The notes: generated by a model from the letters alone, not told the origin. A stretch of 28,644 bases of DNA from an uncultured Clostridium sp. (GCA_946008205.1 CAMGAZ010000001.1:1-28644), one strand, 5' to 3'. Shown: positions 17,091 to 25,769, counted from the first letter of the stretch. Translations and numbers: made by a program.

Positions 17091-17119
17091 TTGACAAAAG
17101 CCTTAATATATTATATAAT
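17091..17119 (+). promoter_or_regulatory. sigmaA promoter
   Basis: Perfect TTGACA-17 nt-TATAAT. Confidence 0.85.
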
Positions 17120-17157
17120 TAAGATACAAAAGGGGAACAAAAGAAAGAAGGTAAAAC

Positions 17158-17334
17158 ATGAAAACAACAGCAAGAGGAATAATAAGACGTTTTGATGACT
17201 TAGGCAGAATTGTAATTCCTAAAGAAATCCGCCGTAAATTTAAAATCAACGCGGGCGAGCCAGTTGGAATATATATAACTGAAGAGGGCATATTATTAAA
17301 GCCTTACAATCCCGAATCAAAAAGTAAGTTTTAA
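17158..17334 (+). CDS. abrB: Second AbrB-family regulator, 58 aa (missed by the ORF track)
   Basis: MKTTARGIIRRFDDLGRIVIPKEIRRKFKINAGEPVGIYITEEGIILKPY; GAAGGT RBS. Confidence 0.9.
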   Translation: MKTTARGIIRRFDDLGRIVIPKEIRRKFKINAGEPVGIYITEEGILLKPYNPESKSKF

Positions 17335-17354
17335 AAAATAATTTAAAAAGGGGA

Positions 17355-17383
17355 TTGACAAAACTCAATCCCCATGATATACT
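17355..17383 (+). promoter_or_regulatory. sigmaA promoter firing into non-coding module M4
   Basis: TTGACA-17 nt-TATACT with an extended TG, embedded in the IR GGGGATTGA/TCAATCCCC. Confidence 0.7.
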
Positions 17384-17393
17384 CATTTTAAGT

Positions 17394-17900
17394 AGAACGT
17401 CTGCGAACAAACAGGTGTTCTTTTTATTTTTGGCGCGAACAGATATTCGGAAAAAACTTTATTGCTTTACTGCGCTAAAGTGTTTAAAATGTTAATAGTT
17501 GCGCTTTAGCCCAGTAAAGTGATAAAGTAGTTGAATTGTAAAATATTGCGCTTTAGTAGTTTAGCGCTTTAGCGCGATAAAGTAGTTGAATTGTGAACTG
17601 GTCGTCGGCGGAGCAGACGACCAGAATTTTCCATTTAACCCGTCCTGCCAATTTTTTCCAGCAAAACCCCCATAGCGCGAGCCCCTAGAATCCGCCCGAA
17701 ACCAAGCATAGCGCGCACGGGCCCCATAGCGCGCAGACAAAAAACCCGGTTCGCTTCGCTCACACAAATGGCGCGAAAGCAAGCCACATAGCGAGCACCT
17801 CTATTTCTTGGCGCGGAATCAACCGCGGCGCACAAACCAAGCAACCCGGTAGCGTGAGCAAGCCACCAGTGCGGAGCGCTATCCTGAGCTTTTTCTCAGA
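17394..17900. repeat. Non-coding module M4 and GC-rich repeat tract
   Basis: SOS-like boxes at 17409 and 17437; CTTTA-N6-TAAAG at 17465, 17504, 17567; hairpin 17598-17624; CATAGCGMG repeats 17670-17795. Confidence 0.8.
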
Positions 17901-18045
17901 AAGCCCTTTGAATCACACGCAAGAGGAAAGAAAAAAAAGAATCGCGCGAACCGCAGTAAAACTTGACAATCACAAAAATTTTATAATGTCAACTGCGGGC
18001 TTACAGTAAAATCCGCGTTTTCTTTTTATTATAACATAAAAAATA

Positions 18046-18070
18046 AAGGAAAGCAATTAGCGCTTTCCTT
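18046..18070 (-). terminator. Terminator at the convergence point
   Basis: AAGGAAAGC...GCTTTCCTT overlapping the stop of 18057..18860. Confidence 0.6.
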
Positions 18071-18860
18071 CATTTTCTTCTTCAAGTTTTTGTAGTTTGC
18101 GCGCAAGCTTGTTCTCATCCTTTTGTTTTTGCTTTTGAATATTTAATTCTATTTCATGGGCAGTCAAAGGCTCTTGATCTATCTTAGGTAAGGTTCTAGG
18201 TATAAAGCACCACTTTTCGGCGAATTTGCAAACCGCGTTAAAATATTTTTCTTCCTCTTGTGCTTTGATAATATTACCAGTTTCTTCCCAAGAAAAATGT
18301 CCATTACAATATAATAACACAACTTGTTTTCTATCTACAAAATTAGACTTAAATTGCTCGCGCAAACATTCTTTCCAGAAATCGAGCGCATTTACCTCAT
18401 TCTCATTTATATCTTTTAGATATTCATATTTACCATCAGTCTTCATCCAAACCCAAGCGGTATCATCCCAATGCTTATTATAATCTTCATTAATAATAGT
18501 TCCATACTTGCGCGCAGCCGTAGAAGTCTTATGCTCCCACCTGTCGCGCACATCTTTTCTAGATCTTGCTATATTAGCCGCGGTATTATGAGGAAAATCC
18601 TTAAGTTCTTCTGCAAGACTTTCACGATAATCTTTATCCATCTCTTGCTTGCGTTTATCGTTATAGCGGACATATTCTGAGGTATCAAACTCTTCTTTGA
18701 GAATGATGTCACCACCTCGCGCCTTTTCGATATATTCAAAGTCAAAGTAAGATAACCAGTATGCAGAATAATCATCCCATTTGCGACTTATTGTTCTTCT
18801 ATTTTCACCTAAAAAAGAGCAAAACTTAGTTATAGAATATTTGTTTGGAGATATAATCAT
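18057..18860 (-). CDS. Hypothetical protein, distant paralog of 19407..20150
   Basis: 267 aa. N-terminal NKYSITKFCSFL...YFDFEY parallels NKEYSTTAFLKIL...YFDYEY. GAAAGGA RBS. Confidence 0.8.
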   Translation of the reverse strand: MIISPNKYSITKFCSFLGENRRTISRKWDDYSAYWLSYFDFEYIEKARGGDIILKEEFDTSEYVRYNDKRKQEMDKDYRESLAEELKDFPHNTAANIARSRKDVRDRWEHKTSTAARKYGTIINEDYNKHWDDTAWVWMKTDGKYEYLKDINENEVNALDFWKECLREQFKSNFVDRKQVVLLYCNGHFSWEETGNIIKAQEEEKYFNAVCKFAEKWCFIPRTLPKIDQEPLTAHEIELNIQKQKQKDENKLARKLQKLEEENEGKR

Positions 18861-19071
18861 TATAACACATCCTTTCTTTCAATATCTCTCATATTATATA
18901 AAAAATCAGTAACAAACATTCTAATAAAATGTCCTGAACAGTGAAATATGGCTTATAACAGTTTTTCTGAGCTTTTGGTCAAAAAATCTGAAGCCTGACG
19001 TCGCATGACCGCCGTAGGCGCGAGCGATAGCGAGCCATCTATCTTTTAAGAATTTTGAGTTTTGTTGTAGT

Positions 19072-19143
19072 CTGAGAAAAAAAAATGAGCAGAAAATTCC
19101 ACGTCTTTATAAAGAGGATTTTCTGCTCATTTTTTTTTCTCAG
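19072..19143. repeat. Long inverted repeat (25-bp perfect arms)
   Basis: CTGAG-A9-TGAGCAGAAAA ... TTTTCTGCTCA-T9-CTCAG. Confidence 0.9.
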
Positions 19144-19406
19144 CCGTGGTTTTGATTTCGTCCTAGAATCTGTTCCTTGGTTTTGAATTGAAAATTTGAT
19201 TTGCTCCTTGAGGTTGTTTTTAAAATGAAAATTGTGATTGCCCTCCGGGCAATCATTTTTTTAAAATGAAATTTATTGTCGTTCCGTATTCTGGCATAGA
19301 GGGGGTGTAACTAGGGTTTATAAACCCCCAGTAAAAAAATCCCTATTTTTTGCATAGTAAAAGTGATGTGGTTGCTATTTATAGCAACCACGCAACCATA
19401 TCACTC

Positions 19407-20150
19407 TTACCATGCTCCTTGTGATTGCTGCGGAGCAGCTATCACCCCTTTCTTCTCCCTCAGCGGCATTAACATAGGATACTTTCCAGTGTAATGTCTA
19501 AACTCATTCTTTGCAGCAATATATCGAGATAACTGTCCTTGTTTCATAGCTTCTAAACTTAATTCTCCCTCTTGATACATCTCTAATTCTAATGCTTCTT
19601 CTTCTAAATTCTCAGAACATTTCCACAATCTATAAAATAAATCTATTTCTTCATCTTCTAAATTAACTCTTTCTGGAATTCCATCCTCATTATATACTAT
19701 CGCGCGCCACTTGCGCTTTGCCTTATTAATATCGTAATGATTCTTCAAGGAACTGCGCGCTTGCCCCTGACAAGTTCTTCGCGCATATTCATAAGGATTA
19801 CCATCTTTATAATATATGTGATCTCCTATCTCGGATCCATTTACATATGCGCCATTTTCTTTTATATACTTATCTACTGTTTCGTCTACATATTCCATCA
19901 CCTTTTCTATTTGATACTTGCGCAAACCCATTCCTTCCGGTATTTCATCTTCTAAAATCTCTTTTATTTTAAAATACCATCTGTTACTATTCTTTTTCTT
20001 TTGATAATATTCATAATCAAAATAATTTTTAAATAATTCTAAATAGCGTTCTTTGTTTTTAGAAAAAGTCATAGAACCAATTTTTAAAATTTTTAAAAAA
20101 GCTGTAGTTGAATACTCTTTATTCAACTCTATTTCATTAATAAGATTCAT
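19407..20150 (-). CDS. Hypothetical protein, distant paralog of 18057..18860
   Basis: 247 aa, GAGAGGTG RBS. Confidence 0.8.
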   Translation of the reverse strand: MNLINEIELNKEYSTTAFLKILKIGSMTFSKNKERYLELFKNYFDYEYYQKKKNSNRWYFKIKEILEDEIPEGMGLRKYQIEKVMEYVDETVDKYIKENGAYVNGSEIGDHIYYKDGNPYEYARRTCQGQARSSLKNHYDINKAKRKWRAIVYNEDGIPERVNLEDEEIDLFYRLWKCSENLEEEALELEMYQEGELSLEAMKQGQLSRYIAAKNEFRHYTGKYPMLMPLREKKGVIAAPQQSQGAW

Positions 20151-20287
20151 AAAAGAATCACCTCTCTTTCATATGTTATAAAAAATCTTATCAATAACTT
20201 ATTATTTTTCGCCCAAAATCTTTTCAAGACCAAACTCTAGTTTAACGCCCGAATAGTGAAAAAAGTAAATATACTTATTTTTATTGA

Positions 20288-20343
20288 AATGTAAACTTCG
20301 ACGGACTCGTAATATTCTTTATGAATCCGTCGAAGTTTACATT
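20288..20343. repeat. 18-bp perfect inverted repeat
   Basis: AATGTAAACTTCGACGGA ... TCCGTCGAAGTTTACATT. Confidence 0.9.
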
Positions 20344-20537
20344 CTTATTCATATCTGCGATTTAACTACTTTCACTGCGCGGTCGTGATAGCTACTCCGT
20401 AGCGATCACACGTCCAATCCTTATAAAGCGTAGCTTTCACTATAAGACGTGTGATAGCTGCTTCGCAGCAATCACAAAAAACTTCTTCCCTTTTAAAATA
20501 ATGTGATTGCTGTTAAACAGCAATCATAATAATCATA

Positions 20538-20566
20538 TTCAAATTCTCAAAAAAATTTGTTATAAT
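20538..20566 (+). promoter_or_regulatory. sigmaA promoter
   Basis: TTCAAA-17 nt-TATAAT with an extended TG. Confidence 0.65.
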
Positions 20567-20642
20567 AATTATAGAAAGTGTGATTGCTATTGCATAGCAA
20601 TCACGAAATTTAAAGAGAATACATAACGAAAGGACATTTTGT

Positions 20643-22553
20643 ATGATGAATAACATTACATTTACAAACCTCCAGCAGATAGCGCTTTTAGTTCTTACAA
20701 AAACAGTAACAACAAGTGATTGCTGCGAAGCAGACAATCACAAAACCGAGCACGTTATGACTTGTGACGCGCTCTTGCATAGCGGTATTATATTTATAGA
20801 CGAGAACGATTTACCTATGTCTTCAGTTCCTAAAGCTATCGCGCAAACAGCAATAAGCTTTTATGGCTACAATAACGAAACTTTCAATAGCACATTAATA
20901 GAATCATTCGCGGCAGTTGCTAATATGTCACGAGATGAATTCTATTTAACACAGATACTCCATTATCTTACAACTTATGGAACTAACTTTACTACTCCAT
21001 TTACAGTGGGCGCGCGCACATTTACTCCAGAAGAAACAAAAGCGCTCAAAATAACTATCATACGCGCGGAATCAGCTTCAAGATCTTTGGAGAGGATTAA
21101 TGAACTTTTCGCAACTACTGTCGCGCCAAAGGCTCAGAACATTCACTATTATCGCGCTCTTGCGCCTTTAACAACAATCGCGCCGGAAGAAGTAAAGTCC
21201 AGAGAATTAATGATAATGATGTGCGCGGAACGCGGTATAAAACCTTCTGACCCAGAGACGCTCTTCAGATATCTGGTGTATTGCGCGACTAAGGAAACGC
21301 TTATTATTAAAAATAAGAATCTTATTAGTATAATAAAGCGTGCAGCGCGCAATAATATAGAACTTATCAATTCTCTTACAGAAGATGAAATGAAAGCGCT
21401 CGCTTCTATCTTCTACAGATATAAGCCTTTATTCCTTGCGTTCAAGACACCGGAGACCGCGAGCGTTATCAATAAGATACGTAGGCTTGCCGTTAAGTAC
21501 CATAAGCCGCAGTCCGCGAATACCATCAAGAACTTTGTAAACTTAAGCTCAAAAGAACAGGCAGCAATAATCGCGCGCGCAACCAACAGAGAACTGATAA
21601 AGCTTAAAAACGCGCTTGCAATACCTTCATGCACTCGTGTAATCCAGATCCGCAATGGAAAGATATGGGTTAAAGAAGAAGAAAAAGAAGGAAAAGTTTC
21701 CCTCGGAAGTCTTTTAGATAAAATTCGCGCGGCTAGTGCAATTGACATTGAACTGCGCAAGAGGTTAAAGAACTATAGAGGAATGACTGTCTATATACCG
21801 CGCGGAATCAGCTATGCGGTCCCATACTCAGAGAAACAGTTCTCAGGTACAATTCCATGGGGAACAGCTATATGCGCAACTGATAAAGAAAACGCATTTA
21901 CCATAGGCGTTCATTGGGTTAATGATCCAGATGAATCCGGTTGTGACTTAGACTTACATGCGCATACTCCTACTAGACGCTTTGGTTGGAATAATTATTA
22001 TATATCTGAAGATGGTGAAATCATCTACTCTGGAGATATGACAAACGCGCCAGCGCCTAAAGGAGCAGCGGAATCATTCTATATCAATAATATAAATGAA
22101 CCAGTTATATTAACTCTTAATGCTTTTAGAGCGAATAAAAACAAACAGTTCCAGTTCTTTATGACAGAGGGTAAGGATGATGAGATGCGCGAGCGTGCGA
22201 CTTTTGACTCCTCAAAACTCATAAGCGCGCCACTTCCACTTGCTTTTGCAGATAAGAATTCATTGTCACTCGGCATATTTAATAATAAGACTTTCTATGT
22301 TTATGGCGGAAATGTTGCTGAAGGTGCAATACCTTCGCGCGATTACCCAAAGTTTATAGAAGCATTATTAAATCGTATGTCTAGCACATATAGATTTGAA
22401 GCTCTTGCATCAGCTCTTAAGATAAACATAGTACATGAAGTTCCTAAAGATACACCGTTCTTAGACCTTTCTCCGGAAGCGCTCACAGTAAACACTTTAC
22501 TGGATTTTGTCGACGGGAATCTTGATAAATTACAGTTCTCTACTATTGCATAA
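20643..22553 (+). CDS. Large protein with C-terminal TerD-like domain
   Basis: 636 aa. GVHW...CDLDLHA...GWN...YSGDMTNAP...GAAESFYI resembles TerD-family beta-sandwich motifs. Confidence 0.65.
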   Translation: MMNNITFTNLQQIALLVLTKTVTTSDCCEADNHKTEHVMTCDALLHSGIIFIDENDLPMSSVPKAIAQTAISFYGYNNETFNSTLIESFAAVANMSRDEFYLTQILHYLTTYGTNFTTPFTVGARTFTPEETKALKITIIRAESASRSLERINELFATTVAPKAQNIHYYRALAPLTTIAPEEVKSRELMIMMCAERGIKPSDPETLFRYLVYCATKETLIIKNKNLISIIKRAARNNIELINSLTEDEMKALASIFYRYKPLFLAFKTPETASVINKIRRLAVKYHKPQSANTIKNFVNLSSKEQAAIIARATNRELIKLKNALAIPSCTRVIQIRNGKIWVKEEEKEGKVSLGSLLDKIRAASAIDIELRKRLKNYRGMTVYIPRGISYAVPYSEKQFSGTIPWGTAICATDKENAFTIGVHWVNDPDESGCDLDLHAHTPTRRFGWNNYYISEDGEIIYSGDMTNAPAPKGAAESFYINNINEPVILTLNAFRANKNKQFQFFMTEGKDDEMRERATFDSSKLISAPLPLAFADKNSLSLGIFNNKTFYVYGGNVAEGAIPSRDYPKFIEALLNRMSSTYRFEALASALKINIVHEVPKDTPFLDLSPEALTVNTLLDFVDGNLDKLQFSTIA

Positions 22554-22649
22554 TTTAATGATTTTCGCCTCGGATTTCATTAATAGATTTTAAGAAAGTC
22601 CCTAGTAAAGGGGACTTTTTTATTATAACATATAAAGGAGAGTTAAGCA

Positions 22650-23549
22650 ATGCGTTATGTTCTTAAAAATAAAAATATTTCCGATAAAGGAACATTTGAA
22701 TTTTACAAAGGATTATTAAATATGGAATTAAATAAACATGAATTTAAAATATTAACAATGGTTTTAGCATTAAAGAATGATAATAAAATATATAGCGGCA
22801 AACTTGCAAATATGTGTGAATTCTTAAATATAGGTAAAAATAGTAAGAATAATAAAAACATTAAAGAAACTATAAACGATTTAAGTGAAAAAGGCTTATT
22901 GGTTTATTATGTTAATGGTTATACTTGGACATTAATATTTAAAGATTCTGCACTGGAAAATAAAGAAATTTTACAGTTAGATAAGGCTTGGCTTGATACT
23001 GTAAGATTGTTTAGAACAGATGAAAATAATAGCGTAGATTGGAGCAATTTATTAAAGGTGTTTATATTTTTATTTAGTAATAATAATAAAGTATTTACAA
23101 TAGAAGAAATAAGCAGAGTAACAAATTTAAGTAAAGATATAATTAAAAAGGCGCTTGCAGCTATAAAAGAAATTAATGCGGCAGGCGGTTTTGGTTGCGG
23201 TTTTACTATAGAGCGCAAATATTATAATAATCATACTTTTTCTGAAAAACCACAAAGTTTCTATCTTTATAAATATGAGGATATTAATAGAGAAATTGTC
23301 TATATAGGACAGACAATTTCTTTAACACAAAGAATTCAGCAGCATACTCAAGATAAATTACAAGATTTTTCTGGAATAGTTTATTATGTAGAATGTGGTT
23401 CTAAAGAGGAAATGGATTTTTTAGAAAAAGTTTTAATAAACTATTATAAGCCAAAATTTAATGTAATTCATAAAGATAGAAATGATTTAACTACAAAACT
23501 TATTAATATAAATTTAAACTGGCAATTTTATACAAAAATAACAGACTAA
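22650..23549 (+). CDS. wHTH + C-terminal GIY-YIG endonuclease
   Basis: FYLYKY...VYIGQT...RIQQH...E...KPKFN at the C-terminus; HTH-like FTIEEISRVTNLSKDIIKKAL. Confidence 0.85.
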   Translation: MRYVLKNKNISDKGTFEFYKGLLNMELNKHEFKILTMVLALKNDNKIYSGKLANMCEFLNIGKNSKNNKNIKETINDLSEKGLLVYYVNGYTWTLIFKDSALENKEILQLDKAWLDTVRLFRTDENNSVDWSNLLKVFIFLFSNNNKVFTIEEISRVTNLSKDIIKKALAAIKEINAAGGFGCGFTIERKYYNNHTFSEKPQSFYLYKYEDINREIVYIGQTISLTQRIQQHTQDKLQDFSGIVYYVECGSKEEMDFLEKVLINYYKPKFNVIHKDRNDLTTKLININLNWQFYTKITD

Positions 23550-23567
23550 CCCTCTAAAATCTCAAAA

Positions 23568-23596
23568 TTCAAAAACAATAAAATTTTTGATATAAT
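23568..23596 (+). promoter_or_regulatory. sigmaA promoter
   Basis: TTCAAA-17 nt-TATAAT with an extended TG. Confidence 0.65.
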
Positions 23597-23629
23597 ATTA
23601 TTAAAGATAAGGAAAGGAAATAAAGAAAA

Positions 23630-23947
23630 ATGATGACAGCAACAGAATTAAGAAAGAAAATAACTGCGCGACCGCGTTTAAAAATGGATGATGTTGTAGA
23701 TTTCTACGAAGATTTGGAAGAATGGTTAATAAGTGTCGCAACTAAAAATTATACATGGGGAAACACTTTCTTCTCTTGTCCAAAAAGTAATTTTAATTCT
23801 ATGAATGAATTTGAGCGTGCTTGTGAATTAGATTTACTATCGCCACTTAAAAACTTAGGTTATGATATTAGAACTAAATACTTTGTCGGTATTAATGAAG
23901 AATGGACTATATCTATATGGTTAGGATGGGAGGATAAAGAATGCTAA
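23630..23947 (+). CDS. Hypothetical protein
   Basis: 105 aa, AAGGAAAGG RBS. Confidence 0.8.
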   Translation: MMTATELRKKITARPRLKMDDVVDFYEDLEEWLISVATKNYTWGNTFFSCPKSNFNSMNEFERACELDLLSPLKNLGYDIRTKYFVGINEEWTISIWLGWEDKEC

Positions 23948-24204
23948 AATTAATTCGTCAAGAACTAATAGATAAAATATTTGAAGCTATTGCAAAAGGA
24001 ATTGAAGAAAAATTATTTCCAGTTACTTTTGCTTTTGGTTTTGAAACTTCAGACTATGAGGACGAATGGCGCGAATGCTGCAAAGCACTAATGCGCCAGG
24101 TCATAGCGCCGCTGCTTGAAAAATATGAGTTAAGTAATGTAGCTTTCTATGATGATTTAAGCTTTGAGTTTACAATAGAAGAAAGAAGGGAGACTTTTAT
24201 TTAA
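23941..24204 (+). CDS. Hypothetical acidic protein
   Basis: 87 aa, GGGAGG RBS, overlaps its neighbours. Confidence 0.78.
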   Translation: MLKLIRQELIDKIFEAIAKGIEEKLFPVTFAFGFETSDYEDEWRECCKALMRQVIAPLLEKYELSNVAFYDDLSFEFTIEERRETFI

Positions 24205-24617
24205 TGAGTTATAATATTATGAACAAAGAGGATGAGCCGGGTCAGTTCCCGTGCAAAAGTGAATCAGTTATACAGGAAATGTTTAAGACCACTTCTGAAA
24301 ACACAGAAGAATTACAGCATTTAACGGAAAGTTGCAAATACAATAGAGAAAAAGTTGAAGAAATTATAAAACATTTAGAAACAGAAACCGCGCGAGTCAG
24401 CAGATGCTATGACGAAACAATGGACACTGTTGATATGTATTTTGAAGAAGTTACCGATACATTAAATACTATGCAGAAAGTTAATGACGCGCAACTGGAA
24501 GATATAGATAAAGAAATAGCGGAAGCGCGCAAGATGCAGCTCAGAACACATATAGTTTGCGCCATTGCTATGATTTCTTCTATTGCAAGTATAGTTTTAA
24601 CGATAATATTAGAGTAG
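24204..24617 (+). CDS. Coiled-coil protein with C-terminal TM anchor
   Basis: 137 aa, TAATG coupling, hydrophobic tail IVCAIAMISSIASIVLTIIL. Confidence 0.8.
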   Translation: MSYNIMNKEDEPGQFPCKSESVIQEMFKTTSENTEELQHLTESCKYNREKVEEIIKHLETETARVSRCYDETMDTVDMYFEEVTDTLNTMQKVNDAQLEDIDKEIAEARKMQLRTHIVCAIAMISSIASIVLTIILE

Positions 24618-24631
24618 CGGAAGGAAAAAAT

Positions 24632-24904
24632 ATGGAAGCTTTACAGAAAGAATTAACTAAATATTTTAGGGAAAGAATTGACGCGGCTATGAAAAAAGAA
24701 ATTGCCAATCGCGCGACTACTGAATATAAATTTCACGAAGTCTATACTTGTTATTTACCCCATGATGATATTTATAAAGGAGAAGACCCATTGCAGCGTG
24801 CAATTATAAAAGCTATAAATGAAGTAATAGAAGAGTGGCATATTAATGATTATGATGTAGAACCTTTTCAAACAGGTGATTGTTATGGAGTATACTGGAA
24901 CTAA
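24632..24904 (+). CDS. Hypothetical protein
   Basis: ATG 24632 behind a GAAGGA RBS (MEALQKELTKY...). Confidence 0.75.
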   Translation: MEALQKELTKYFRERIDAAMKKEIANRATTEYKFHEVYTCYLPHDDIYKGEDPLQRAIIKAINEVIEEWHINDYDVEPFQTGDCYGVYWN

Positions 24905-24923
24905 TGATAACAGGAGCGATATA

Positions 24924-25301
24924 ATGATTAATTTAATTACAAAAGAAGAACTGATAGATAAGTCACCAAGCGCTTCTTATGAGCGCGCAGTAGAAAATGC
25001 GCAGGACATAATTCTTAAAAACATTAATGCTTATTTGCTTTTTCTCCTTACTAAGCGTCCACAGGTTCTCGAAAATTTTGATGGCGCTGTTGTAATAAAA
25101 AGACATAGAGTTGAAAAGAATAAGGCTGCGCGTAATATAATTACAGTTGCTTGCGAGCGCGCTCTTAAAAAGATCCTTGAAGCAGGATATAATGCCAAGT
25201 ATGAAGTTAAAAGAGCGAAAACCAACGCCGGCGCGATTTATGAAGATAGAATTACTATTTACTGGAATGACGCAGCAGATAAGATTTATAATATGATTTA
25301 A
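24924..25301 (+). CDS. Hypothetical protein
   Basis: ATG 24924 behind a CAGGAG RBS. Confidence 0.75.
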   Translation: MINLITKEELIDKSPSASYERAVENAQDIILKNINAYLLFLLTKRPQVLENFDGAVVIKRHRVEKNKAARNIITVACERALKKILEAGYNAKYEVKRAKTNAGAIYEDRITIYWNDAADKIYNMI

Positions 25302-25316
25302 GTGGAGGAGAAATAA

Positions 25317-25751
25317 ATGACTAATAGAGAAATTTTTACTAAAATTTTTAATAATCCTACTTTTAAGGACCACTCCTGCTCACGCTCTTGTAATATGTTA
25401 GTGCCTTGCGCATCTTGCGACTGGTGGAACGAAGAATATGCCGATTCAGAAGAAAAGAAGCCACCTTTTAAGATATTTATTAGTCAACCTATGAAAGGTA
25501 GAACCTATGAAGAAGTTATGCAAGAGCGAAATAGAATAATGGCAAAATGGACAAATGCTTCTGTTAAATTTATTAATTCTTTCTTTCGCGAACCCGGTAA
25601 AAATTTTACAGACTCACTTGGTAAATCTATATCTTTAATGAGTGAAGCAGACTTGGTCGTATTCGCGCCGGGATGGGAAAACGCGCGCGGATGTAGGATT
25701 GAGCACGAAGTGGCTAAAGAATATGGAATACAGGTTTCTTACTTTGTTTAA
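25317..25751 (+). CDS. Cys-motif N-terminus fused to a DUF4406/nucleoside-deoxyribosyltransferase-like domain
   Basis: KIFISQPMKG...LGKSISLMSEADLVVFAPGWENARGCRIEHEVA; N-terminal CxxxCxxxxxCxxC. Confidence 0.8.
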   Translation: MTNREIFTKIFNNPTFKDHSCSRSCNMLVPCASCDWWNEEYADSEEKKPPFKIFISQPMKGRTYEEVMQERNRIMAKWTNASVKFINSFFREPGKNFTDSLGKSISLMSEADLVVFAPGWENARGCRIEHEVAKEYGIQVSYFV

Positions 25752-25769
25752 TTAAGAAAGGTTTAGAAT

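Larger units (their letters stand above)
19235..20741. repeat. REP-like palindrome family GTGATWGCTR-loop-YAGCDATCAC (8 copies)
   Basis: Copies at about 19235, 19368, 19421, 20385, 20451, 20504, 20580, 20716. Confidence 0.85.

Noticed and set aside
6640-17844. ORF-track calls inside the modules (6640..6828, 6970..7182, 10232..10423, 13051..13266, 17561..17782, 17635..17844)
   Set aside because: No convincing RBS, and the translations simply read through palindromes and repeats; treated as non-coding.
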